Shown piece after piece: positions 8,695-16,546 of a DNA stretch of 64,000 nt. The stretch's first letter is position 1. Every line of letters starts with the position of its first letter. The notes below the pieces were generated by a model. It ran no database searches. It was not told where the DNA came from and was given only the letters and a program-made list of their open reading frames with translations. Origin of the DNA: a virus (taxonomy: Duplodnaviria; Caudoviricetes); IMG/VR virus record IMGVR_UViG_3300033145_002422. One strand, written 5' to 3'. The translations under genes were made by a program, and so were the position numbers.

Positions 8695-9021
8695 ATGAAA
8701 AATTTTCTGCGGAAGTTGGTTTTAAGCAATCCCACGGCCTATTCCGATCTCAAAGTCGAAGCATTGGATTTACTGCTGGCATTGGAAAGCGAAGCGAAGC
8801 TGACAATCGCTGAACTCCGTAAGAAAAAGACGATTCTACGATTTGGTATTACCGAATTCCAGTACAGCGAAGTACAAAATGCTTTGTTTGAGAAAAATGA
8901 TCAGTGGAATACTCGAAAGATTATTGCTATCAAGTTAATGCGAGCATATGCTAATCTCGGACTTAAGACAGCGAAAGAAGCTGTTGAAAACGATGAGTAT
9001 TTTGTTAAGCCGCTCACCTGA
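8695..9021 (+). CDS. ribosomal L7/L12 C-terminal-like domain protein
   Basis: KIIAIKLMRAYANLGLKTAKEAVEN matches the L7/L12 CTD pattern KIxxIKxxRxxxxLGLKEAKxxVE. Confidence 0.7.
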   Translation: MKNFLRKLVLSNPTAYSDLKVEALDLLLALESEAKLTIAELRKKKTILRFGITEFQYSEVQNALFEKNDQWNTRKIIAIKLMRAYANLGLKTAKEAVENDEYFVKPLT

Positions 9022-9046
9022 AAAAATATCAATGGAGATTGAATCC

Positions 9047-9250
9047 ATGGCCGACGATTTTAAAAAGAAGATTTGTAAAGACCCGAAACTTGCCGCTGGT
9101 GGACATGATAATAATGGTTATAGATCCTACTGCACTTGTTGCGGGATTGAGCATCGTAGCCGATATGCTGGCCGTTATCGCAAGTTGTATCGTCGGAGGG
9201 CGCGACGGTCTTTGAAGCAGAACGCTAATTTCTCACCTGAAAATGATTAG
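9047..9250 (+). CDS. Arg-rich small protein
   Basis: GGAG RBS + ATG; CTCC motif; ends ...SPEND by reading through motif. Confidence 0.5.
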   Translation: MADDFKKKICKDPKLAAGGHDNNGYRSYCTCCGIEHRSRYAGRYRKLYRRRARRSLKQNANFSPEND

Positions 9251-9283
9251 AGATTCTTTCATACACCACTGAAAGGAACTTCA

Positions 9284-9787
9284 ATGTCGTATCTACCACT
9301 TAATACTGATAGAATTATATCCATGAGACAAAATATTGATTCGGCATTACACGCGATGCTTGATGAAGGCATTGAATTTGATGCTATCGTCATTCGTGGT
9401 ATGAGCGGAGCCTTATTCGCTCATTACGTTTTTGATAAAACTGGCAAGCCGATTGTTGTTGTTCGTAAAGGCGAATCTTCTCATGGTAGAGATGTAGAAA
9501 TTCCCTATCCTTCCAACATTAAGAAATATATCATTCTTGATGATTTGGTTGCATCTGGGAATACAATTATTTCCATAAAACAAAAAATGGATGAAATGCC
9601 ATTCAAAAGCAAAGCGTATGATTTTGAGTTGGTTGCTATCGTTTTATATGGTAGTGCGCCGATTGAAAGCGATCCTAATTACAATGCTTGGGGAATCGCT
9701 GGGCTGAAGGGAATACCCATCTTCACATTCCAAGGGCGTAGGTATCATTATGATATGAGTCCGTCACCTGAAATGGCAGAGGTTTAA
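9284..9787 (+). CDS. type I phosphoribosyltransferase-like protein
   Basis: YIILDDLVASGNTI PRPP-binding motif; VVVRKGESSHG. Confidence 0.8.
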   Translation: MSYLPLNTDRIISMRQNIDSALHAMLDEGIEFDAIVIRGMSGALFAHYVFDKTGKPIVVVRKGESSHGRDVEIPYPSNIKKYIILDDLVASGNTIISIKQKMDEMPFKSKAYDFELVAIVLYGSAPIESDPNYNAWGIAGLKGIPIFTFQGRRYHYDMSPSPEMAEV

Positions 9788-9877
9788 GGATAAGAGGGTA
9801 GGTTATCAAGGAGTCATGGAAATTTCCAATCTCCGTAACCTATCCTCACCTGTTTTTTTCGCTAAAAAGGAAATAGT

Positions 9878-10099
9878 ATGAAAAATGAGGAAATCGAAAT
9901 TCTCGTTCAAGCCTTTGAAAAAATGGGCAAGAAAATAACTCGTTGGATGGCTGGCCCATTGATGCTTGAAGCATATTTCACTTCGACTAATGGCAATACC
10001 ATTGTTATCAATGCTGATGGTATTACCGAAGTCAAAGGCAAATACGGCAAGGAATTTGAGTGCGACGAAAGCGAATTCGTCGGTAGTATCGAAGTCTAA
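9878..10099 (+). CDS. hypothetical protein
   Basis: AAGGA RBS; motif 3 nt after stop. Confidence 0.55.
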   Translation: MKNEEIEILVQAFEKMGKKITRWMAGPLMLEAYFTSTNGNTIVINADGITEVKGKYGKEFECDESEFVGSIEV

Positions 10100-10155
10100 T
10101 CCACCTGATTTTTCTTTTGTAACTCTTGCAATAACCCCAAACCGAAAGGAAAAAG

Positions 10156-10371
10156 ATGCACAAGCTAACCTACAATGTTGTCGGAAACAAGATGTTCGCG
10201 GTTTGCGTCGCGTGCGGCACGCGGGCCAGCGTCAAGATGAGCGGTCGTATGACGGAGCGGAAGGGGATTAACTACAATCATGCCACTGCGAAGGCGAAGC
10301 TGTACGGTCACCTGATGGCTTCCGTTTGCAGCAAGGTGCCGGTGCCTGCGATTTTTCCGCTGATTGCCTAA
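10156..10371 (+). CDS. hypothetical protein (CxxC)
   Basis: AAAGGA RBS. Confidence 0.55.
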   Translation: MHKLTYNVVGNKMFAVCVACGTRASVKMSGRMTERKGINYNHATAKAKLYGHLMASVCSKVPVPAIFPLIA

Positions 10372-10631
10372 CCATGGAATAGGCTTGTCAGTTAAACTAA
10401 ACTGCGGCCTCTTAAGCCGAATGTGGGATGCAGCCCACCAAGCCCTATTTTTCACCTGAAAACTTTTCGCCAAAAGTAGGATCATCGGAAAGAACAAGCC
10501 ATGATAAATTACGAAACCTTTGGTCCGAGACACGCTGACGAAGTCCGAAGCGGAAAAGAAAAGAGGTGGCAGGCTAGCAGACGTGCGAGCAAGGGAAAAC
10601 TAACAGCCCGCGAAGGCAGAATGGAGCGAAC

Positions 10632-11387
10632 ATGAAAGCGAACATGAACCCGAAAGACCTACAAGAGGTGCTGCGTTTGCACGAATTGTGGCTGGCCGGT
10701 GACCCAGGGGGGAGCTGCGCCAACCTTTGCGGTGCCAACCTTTACCGCGCCAACCTGAGTGACGTCAATCTTTACGGTGCCAACCTTTGCGGTGCCAACC
10801 TTTACCGCGCCAACCTTTACCGCGCCAACCTTTGCCGCGCCAACCTGAACCGCGCCAACCTAAGCTATGCCAACCTTTACCGCGCCAACCTGAACCGCGC
10901 CAACCTGAGTGACGCCAACCTTTACCGCGCCGACCTGAACCGCGCCAACCTGAGTGACGTCAATCTTTACGGTGCCAAACTGAACCGCGCCAACCTGAGT
11001 GACGCCAACCTGAACCGCGCCAACCTGAACCGCACCAACCTGAGCAATGCCAACCTGAACCGCGCCAACCTGAGTGACGTCAATCTTTACGGTGCCAACC
11101 TTGATTATGCTTCATGGCCGTTGTGGTGTGGGTCGCTTACTGCAAAGATTGACCGCCAGATTGCCGCCCAACTGGCCTACCACTTGCTTTCTGTCTGGCC
11201 GGAAGAGCGTCACGGGTCGATTCTAACGCTGGCTAACGAGTTTCACCGCATCCCCAAGCTGCTGAAACTGAATGAAACCAAGGACTCCGACGGGCAGATC
11301 AGGCCGTGCGGCGCGAGGCGAAACGAGGACGACCTGCCGTCGTACGCGCCGCTTGGCTATCACGATTTGACGCCGGAGGATGAATAA
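10632..11387 (+). CDS. pentapeptide repeat protein
   Basis: ~25 A-N-L-x-x repeats, with LRLHELWL N-cap and WPLWCGSL C-cap. Confidence 0.9.
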   Translation: MKANMNPKDLQEVLRLHELWLAGDPGGSCANLCGANLYRANLSDVNLYGANLCGANLYRANLYRANLCRANLNRANLSYANLYRANLNRANLSDANLYRADLNRANLSDVNLYGAKLNRANLSDANLNRANLNRTNLSNANLNRANLSDVNLYGANLDYASWPLWCGSLTAKIDRQIAAQLAYHLLSVWPEERHGSILTLANEFHRIPKLLKLNETKDSDGQIRPCGARRNEDDLPSYAPLGYHDLTPEDE

Positions 11388-11568
11388 TATGTGCGCCGGG
11401 ATTCAGCGGATGCGAACCAAGGGCTGGATGATGCCGCCGGGAACGATCTACGTGGGACGCCCGACGCCGTGGGGCAACCCATTTCGAGTGGGGCCGGACT
11501 TGTCAGCGGCCCGCGCGGTCGATCTCTATCTTCAAACTATTCCCCAGATTCCGACAGCATACCTGTAG
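11380..11568 (+). pseudogene. truncated DUF4326-like protein
   Basis: IYVGRPTPWGNPF motif but no C-terminal LxCWC...CH part. Confidence 0.6.
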
Positions 11569-11701
11569 TCCATTTTGGGGAATGTGGGGGATCGAAATTC
11601 TTTGGCTTGGTCGAGAGATTTTTGTAGTTTTCGGCAAAGACAAAAACGGTTTTTACAAGTTGACCGATTACTAAGTCACCTGAAAAATAGGAGATAGAAG
11701 C

Positions 11702-11896
11702 ATGGCAAAGCGAATTGTAATAACAATCGAAGTTGTCAATGCAGCTTTCGATCCCACTGAAACCCTTGAAACAGCAAGGATTTTGACAGTCCTTCGCAAT
11801 ACTATTAGCATGCAACGAAATTTCAAAAGCGATGATTACTTCATGCTTTATGATGCTAATGGAAATACCGTCGGCGGCGCAAGCATCAAAGAATAG
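11702..11896 (+). CDS. hypothetical protein
   Basis: NAAFD...ETARIL...LYDANGNTVG pattern; motif directly after TAG. Confidence 0.65.
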   Translation: MAKRIVITIEVVNAAFDPTETLETARILTVLRNTISMQRNFKSDDYFMLYDANGNTVGGASIKE

Positions 11897-11966
11897 CACC
11901 TGAAAAAGAAAACAAATTACCACATTGTTCAAAAAGTAAAGAGTTGTTCAAAAAGTAAAGAGTTGT

Positions 11967-12067
11967 ACGGTTGAATTAAGGATTGACAAAAACTTAGCGG
12001 CTGCAACTGCTAAGATAACAAATCAATCCGCCTTTGCAGGGGAAAACGGCGTTTAGTCGTCAACCGT
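11967..12067 (+). ncRNA. putative structured RNA (nested stems)
   Basis: ACGGTTGA/TCAACCGT, GGATTGA/TCAATCC and CTTAGCGG/CTGCTAAG stems; no ORF. Confidence 0.45.
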
Positions 12068-12176
12068 TTTTATTAGGGGGGGGAGAGGATAGCCTTGATA
12101 AGGCACTCTCCCCTCTATTTTTCACTTGAAAAACAAACCAAAACCTTTAATATATACTAACCGAAAGGCAAAACAA

Positions 12177-12491
12177 ATGAAGATTCCGAATCGAAATAGG
12201 CCACGTCGAAAGCAAAGGCAAGAGGAAGCTGCGGAACGGCAAAAAGAAAGCGACAAGTTGACTCCGCTCCAGAAGTTTGCTAAGATTATCAAGCACAATC
12301 TCACCGCAATGAAGGAACGTAGCAAGCTACAGAAGCTCATTGATGCTGAAAAGGCATCGAAAGTCGAAACTGTCAAGGCGAAGGCACCTGATACCACCAG
12401 CGAAGCGGAGAAGGTTGCTAAGAAGGCGAAGAAGGCAGCGAAGCAGAAGCGGAAGGAAGCGAGGGACAAGGCGAAGTCTGCAAAGAAGTAA
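12177..12491 (+). CDS. Lys/Ala-rich basic (histone H1-like composition) protein
   Basis: KVAKKAKKAAKQKRKE...AKSAKK; RBS before ATG. Confidence 0.65.
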   Translation: MKIPNRNRPRRKQRQEEAAERQKESDKLTPLQKFAKIIKHNLTAMKERSKLQKLIDAEKASKVETVKAKAPDTTSEAEKVAKKAKKAAKQKRKEARDKAKSAKK

Positions 12492-12523
12492 AAGGCACCT
12501 GAAAACGAAAAAGAAATTGTAAA

Positions 12524-12719
12524 AGAGTTATGAGACTGCCGCTAGTCCATTCAAGAGGTTGGATAACGCTCTTGACGCATAATGTAGCGAGAAGCTAGTG
12601 GCAGTCTCAAATGTTTGGGCTGAGAGAGAAAGCGTCCAAGGCGACTCCGCTAAAATCCTTGGCAAAAAAATTAGGGCGGGTATTGACCTCCTAATTCTTG
12701 GTTGGATCGGTAGAACTCT
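12524..12719 (+). ncRNA. putative multi-stem structured RNA
   Basis: 15-bp helix 12531-12545/12595-12609 enclosing TCAAGAG/CTCTTGA; CCAAGG/CCTTGG; AATTAGG/CCTAATT; closing GAGTT/AACTC. Confidence 0.55.
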
Positions 12720-13084
12720 CACCTGAAAAAAGAAAGAATCTCAAAGAGTTATAATGTATGGGAAGTTATGATGGGGAGCGAGAGATTTTTGGCAACGATT
12801 GTTTGAATAAGCTACCGCTTGTTTGCATAGCCGAATTTCTTTCGCTCTAATGTTTTATTTCACTTGAAAATTTTCCGAAAAAAGTAAAAACATGATAAGA
12901 TATTATGTTAAGAAAACGGATTTCAAAAAAGCTATTCAATTCTGCGAACAAAACAAAGTTTGGTGGGATTTGATATTTGACAATTCAAGGTATGAGTCTG
13001 AAAAGTATATTATTCTTCAGATGAATATACATGGTAGTAAAATGTTGTCAAACCACCTGAATTACCAATAGGAAAAAATAAACC

Positions 13085-13282
13085 ATGCTCACCAAAGAAT
13101 CCATACAAGCCTATATCAAAGCCCATGAATCATGCAACGATTTGCCTTGCCCATTCTGCGGACGGTTTGAAGTAAAACAGGGGGATAAGGATTCTGGCTG
13201 TTCTGTTGCTTCTACCACCTGTAGAAGTTGTGGAAAACGATGGAGAGAGTATTACACCCTTACTGGGATTGAGGAAGAATAG
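13085..13282 (+). CDS. Zn-ribbon protein
   Basis: CPFCG...CRSCGKRWREYY. Confidence 0.7.
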   Translation: MLTKESIQAYIKAHESCNDLPCPFCGRFEVKQGDKDSGCSVASTTCRSCGKRWREYYTLTGIEEE

Positions 13283-13609
13283 ATGAAGATAACCCACTGC
13301 GATTTTTGCGGCAAACTTCTCACCACCGAAGATTCTGGCAAAATCATGCACCATGAATATGTGGAAGGTTTGCCAGTTGATTTGATTCACTGTAAGGTTT
13401 GCGCCACGAAATATTATCCTGGCCCTTGGTACATCGAAGTTGGAAATTTCAGCAGGTATTGGCATATTCGTAATGCTATAACTGGCAAGCGAAAGAGGAT
13501 TGGAAAGGTACAAGCCAAAGGTGTTAATTATTTTGTAAAAGCAAAAGAGGAATGCGGACTAAGAAATCTAGCTCTTCACCTCAAGACTTGTGATGATATT
13601 CTCACCTGA
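13283..13609 (+). CDS. Zn-finger hypothetical protein
   Basis: CDFCG...CKVC; TGA stop inside motif. Confidence 0.65.
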   Translation: MKITHCDFCGKLLTTEDSGKIMHHEYVEGLPVDLIHCKVCATKYYPGPWYIEVGNFSRYWHIRNAITGKRKRIGKVQAKGVNYFVKAKEECGLRNLALHLKTCDDILT

Positions 13610-13647
13610 AAATCCTAAGCAGTAATCATAATCAAAGGAGAAACGAA

Positions 13648-13860
13648 ATGCTCAAGATCGGTGATAAAGTAAGAGTTAATGGAAATGAACTGCTTGAAGG
13701 AACAATTATCAGCGATCAATTCATCGTTCACGACGATCAGTTTGGCGATTTATCGCTCCAAGCAGTTCACTTGAAGCATGGTGGATGGCTTGACGAAAAC
13801 GAGAGTTGCTATATCTCTATGATCGTTGTTCACATCGACAACATGAAGAAAATCACCTGA
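13648..13860 (+). CDS. small SH3/KOW-like protein
   Basis: LKIGDKVRV...GTI; TGA stop inside motif. Confidence 0.6.
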   Translation: MLKIGDKVRVNGNELLEGTIISDQFIVHDDQFGDLSLQAVHLKHGGWLDENESCYISMIVVHIDNMKKIT

Positions 13861-13894
13861 TTTTTTCCGAAAAAAAGAAAAGTAGGAGAAAACC

Positions 13895-14083
13895 ATGAAA
13901 CTAAACGATCTGATTGATGAAGTCTACGGTGGCAAGCATCTTCGCAGAGGCAATAGGGGGCCGATTGCACGATTCAATGGTGACGATTTTTCTTTATGGT
14001 ATTACAGCAGACAAGATGGAAGAAAACTTTTCCCCATTACCTTCGGTGATATGATTGCAGAAAATTGGGAAGTTGTTTCCTAG
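13895..14083 (+). CDS. hypothetical protein (DUF2829/Tad2-like ending)
   Basis: GKHLRR...DMIAENWEVV resembles the DUF2829 C-terminus; weak. Confidence 0.5.
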   Translation: MKLNDLIDEVYGGKHLRRGNRGPIARFNGDDFSLWYYSRQDGRKLFPITFGDMIAENWEVVS

Positions 14084-14136
14084 AATCACCTGATTTTCTA
14101 TTCAAAAAGATCAATTCAACCAAAGGGAGCAAAACC

Positions 14137-14334
14137 ATGAAAATCAAATGCCTCAATTGCCATACGACCTTCGAGGGTGAAACAAAATCGAGTCTTAATG
14201 GCGAAGTTAAAGAAGAAAAGTTTGACTGCCCAAGCTGCGCTATTACCAACATCGTCGGAGAAGTTGATGATGAAGGCAATATTACCAACGGCGAATGCGG
14301 TTGGTACGGCGAAGAAGGAGAAGGCCATACCTAA
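14137..14334 (+). CDS. Zn-ribbon protein
   Basis: MKIKCLNC...FDCPSC; GGGAG RBS. Confidence 0.6.
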   Translation: MKIKCLNCHTTFEGETKSSLNGEVKEEKFDCPSCAITNIVGEVDDEGNITNGECGWYGEEGEGHT

Positions 14335-14550
14335 AGCTAATAGCAAATTCACCTGAAAACCGACAAAAGAAAGAAATAACATGAGCTGCCAAACAGAATA
14401 TAACGAACATAAAGAAATGTGTCTTAAGGGGGAACATGGCCCTTGGCAACTTTGCACGAGTGACTCTCTCGGAAGAACACTTCCTATGAGAATGTGTTCT
14501 TGGTGCGGAAGAGTGGAGTTCTTCAAACATGAGCAATGGGTTTAAGCGTA

Positions 14551-14765
14551 ATTCACCTGAAAAAACGACAAATAAGTAACAACATAAAGGAGAAAACAAT
14601 ATGGAAAGACTATGGGAATGTGAAGATTGCAGTTATCAAACCGAATGGTCGTATGACCAGCTTGCAGAACAAGGTGGACCAGTTTGCCCGAATTGCGATA
14701 ATGATATGGAGTTGCTACCACCTGATCTAGATTCACCTGAAAAAACGACAAATAAGTAACAACAT
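14551..14765 (+). repeat. 35-bp perfect direct repeat starting at the motif
   Basis: ATTCACCTGAAAAAACGACAAATAAGTAACAACAT at 14551-14585 and 14731-14765. Confidence 0.9.
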
Positions 14766-14870
14766 GGGAACAAACAAGAAAGAGATTCTGTTGAGCGTAC
14801 TGCTCGTTGTAGCCTTGGGGCTATTCATTCTCATGGTTGCAAACTGCTTATTGGCCACCTGAAAAACAGA

Positions 14871-15110
14871 ATGAAAGGAAAGCAGTATGAAAAAGACGAC
14901 ATTGAAAAAACCTTCCGTAGATTCAAGAAAAGCGACCAAGGGAGAGTAGCGTTGGTCCGATGGGATGACACTGGCCGAGAGGACATGATGATTCTCGAAG
15001 TTGACGACGATGGGAGAGAGGCAAAAGCCTTTCACTTTAGCGGTCGTTACATGCAACGAGTCACACATACACAAGTCTGTGAAATTGGAGGGTTTGTAAA
15101 GGTCGGTTGA
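14871..15110 (+). CDS. hypothetical protein, last ORF of the array
   Basis: 79 aa ORF immediately after last motif. Confidence 0.5.
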   Translation: MKGKQYEKDDIEKTFRRFKKSDQGRVALVRWDDTGREDMMILEVDDDGREAKAFHFSGRYMQRVTHTQVCEIGGFVKVG

Positions 15111-15156
15111 AGTGCAGTAAACAAAGTCACAGGCATGATTGGTACTCATATGTACC

Positions 15157-15184
15157 AGGGCTATGGCTCGGAGCTATAGCCCCT
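15157..15184 (+). terminator. hairpin closing the small-gene array
   Basis: GGGCTATGGC-TCGGA-GCTATAGCCC; poor U-tract. Confidence 0.45.
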
Positions 15185-15469
15185 TACTCTATAACTAACA
15201 TATGTAATTGTATCTATAGATAGCCATGGGAGGGACATACATATCTAAGTAAATACACGATAAGATATGGTAAGGGTATAGGTATGGAAATAAAAACATC
15301 ATATAACCCACCCTCCCCCCATACGTATGCTTGATAATACCCTATCGCCTATACCTGGGATACCTTAGTGCTAACGCCAATCCAGCCTCTTAATCAATGG
15401 CATAATTTGTTAAGTATTTTCAAAAATAATTCTGATATAATAGAGGGTGTATATTTGATAGGAGTTGTT

Positions 15470-16168
15470 ATGAATAGTTATTATGAAAGAAATAAAGAAA
15501 AGATATTAAAAAAAATAAAATTAAGATTTCAAGATGATATTGAATATAGAAATCATAAAAAAGAATATTCTAAAAAATATTATATTAAAAATAAAGAATC
15601 AATTAATTTAAGAAATAAAAAATGGAAAGAAAAACAAAGAATACCTCTTAGACAATTTGTTAATAAATATCTAGAAGAAAATCCGTGTGTATTATGCGGA
15701 GAAAAAGACATTGATTGTCTTCAGTTTCATCATATTGTATCTACAAAAGAAAAAATATCTTATTATGTAACTAAGGGGAAATGCACTATAGAAAGAATAA
15801 AAAAAGAAATAAGCAAATGTCAGGTTTTATGCGTTAATTGTCATACTAAATTACACAACAAAACAATTAAGTATGTATCAGAAGAAAGTAAAAAGGGATG
15901 GAAGGCTAAACAGAAAATAAGACATCGTGCTGTTAAGAGAGAATATATCATAAATATTAAAAAGAATAATCCTTGTTATATATGTAAAGAAAATGATTAT
16001 AGATGCTTAGCTTTTCATCACAAAAACCCTGAAGAAAAAGAAATTAAAATATCTAGTAAAATTAGTTGGGAAAAATTAAAAAATGAAATAGCTAAATGTA
16101 TTTTGGTTTGTTGTAATTGTCATTTTAAAATACACTCAAATATTATAGGAAAACATATGCAGGAATAA
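15470..16168 (+). CDS. tandem two-domain HNH endonuclease
   Basis: two CxxC...L(Q/A)FHH...EIxKCxxxCxNCH repeats; AGGAG RBS. Confidence 0.85.
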   Translation: MNSYYERNKEKILKKIKLRFQDDIEYRNHKKEYSKKYYIKNKESINLRNKKWKEKQRIPLRQFVNKYLEENPCVLCGEKDIDCLQFHHIVSTKEKISYYVTKGKCTIERIKKEISKCQVLCVNCHTKLHNKTIKYVSEESKKGWKAKQKIRHRAVKREYIINIKKNNPCYICKENDYRCLAFHHKNPEEKEIKISSKISWEKLKNEIAKCILVCCNCHFKIHSNIIGKHMQE

Positions 16169-16470
16169 GGATACCTTTGAAGTCTAAAAATTTCCAGAAA
16201 ATTTCCGGTCAAAAAATAAACTTAGTTTTTAGATTAAGCCCATCTGTTACAGTTTACTATAATATTCTGCCCATTTATGAATGTCATAGCCGAAATCTTA
16301 CCTAGTAATTCTATAGAATCCTCACCAGACGGCCTAATTTAATCTGTGTGGGCATTGGATGAGATAAAGGAATGGGAAGACCATATAAAAGTTATTTATT
16401 TACTGGGATACCTTAAAAGGTTGAAAAATTCCTGGAAAAATTTCCAGTCAAAATATAAACTTAATTTTTT
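16169..16470 (+). repeat. imperfect ~62-bp direct repeat (GGATACCTT...TTTCCRGTCAAAAWATAAACTTA)
   Basis: copies at 16169-16230 and 16406-16470; CTGGGATACCTTA also at 15355. Confidence 0.7.
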
Positions 16471-16546
16471 ATTTTATCATAAAACAAGGAAATGCTAAAA
16501 ATAAGTCGAAATAGTAGAATGTCATTAATTTATAAATAGGTGAAAA

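Larger units (their letters stand above)
189..14862 (+). repeat. Dispersed strand-specific CACCTGA(A/T-tract) motif delimiting small-gene/RNA modules
   Basis: Exact CACCTGA read at 189,618,928,1075,1683,1980,2327,2662,3678,3941,4189,4417,5076,5320,5485,6077,6293,6855,7139,7431,7720,7938,8193,8463,8645,9015,9234,9765,10102,10309,10453,11677,11897,12385,12496,12720,13054,13603,13854,14087,14350,14554,14719,14734,14856; variants CACTTGA 12123,12861 and CACCTGT 9847. Confidence 0.95.

Noticed and set aside
10719-11105. Dense 15-bp periodic repeats (GCCAACCT...) as a CRISPR array or satellite
   Set aside because: They are the codons of the in-frame pentapeptide repeat protein; there are no unique spacers.
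189-14862. CACCTGA array as a CRISPR array or classical integron
   Set aside because: The repeat is only ~7 bp with irregular spacing from tens of bp to 1.2 kb, there are no attC-type RYYYAAC/GTTRRRY hairpins, and no cas or intI gene is in the window.
189-14862. CTGAAA/TTGAAA in the motif as a sigma70 -35 box
   Set aside because: A -10-like hexamer at 17 bp spacing was found at only one of the roughly ten copies checked (189); some copies lie only ~15 nt from the next start.
1441-15149. Numerous minus-strand ORFs in the ORF track across the array, and short antisense ORFs within large genes elsewhere
   Set aside because: They shadow RBS-supported plus-strand genes and lack RBSs or motifs.
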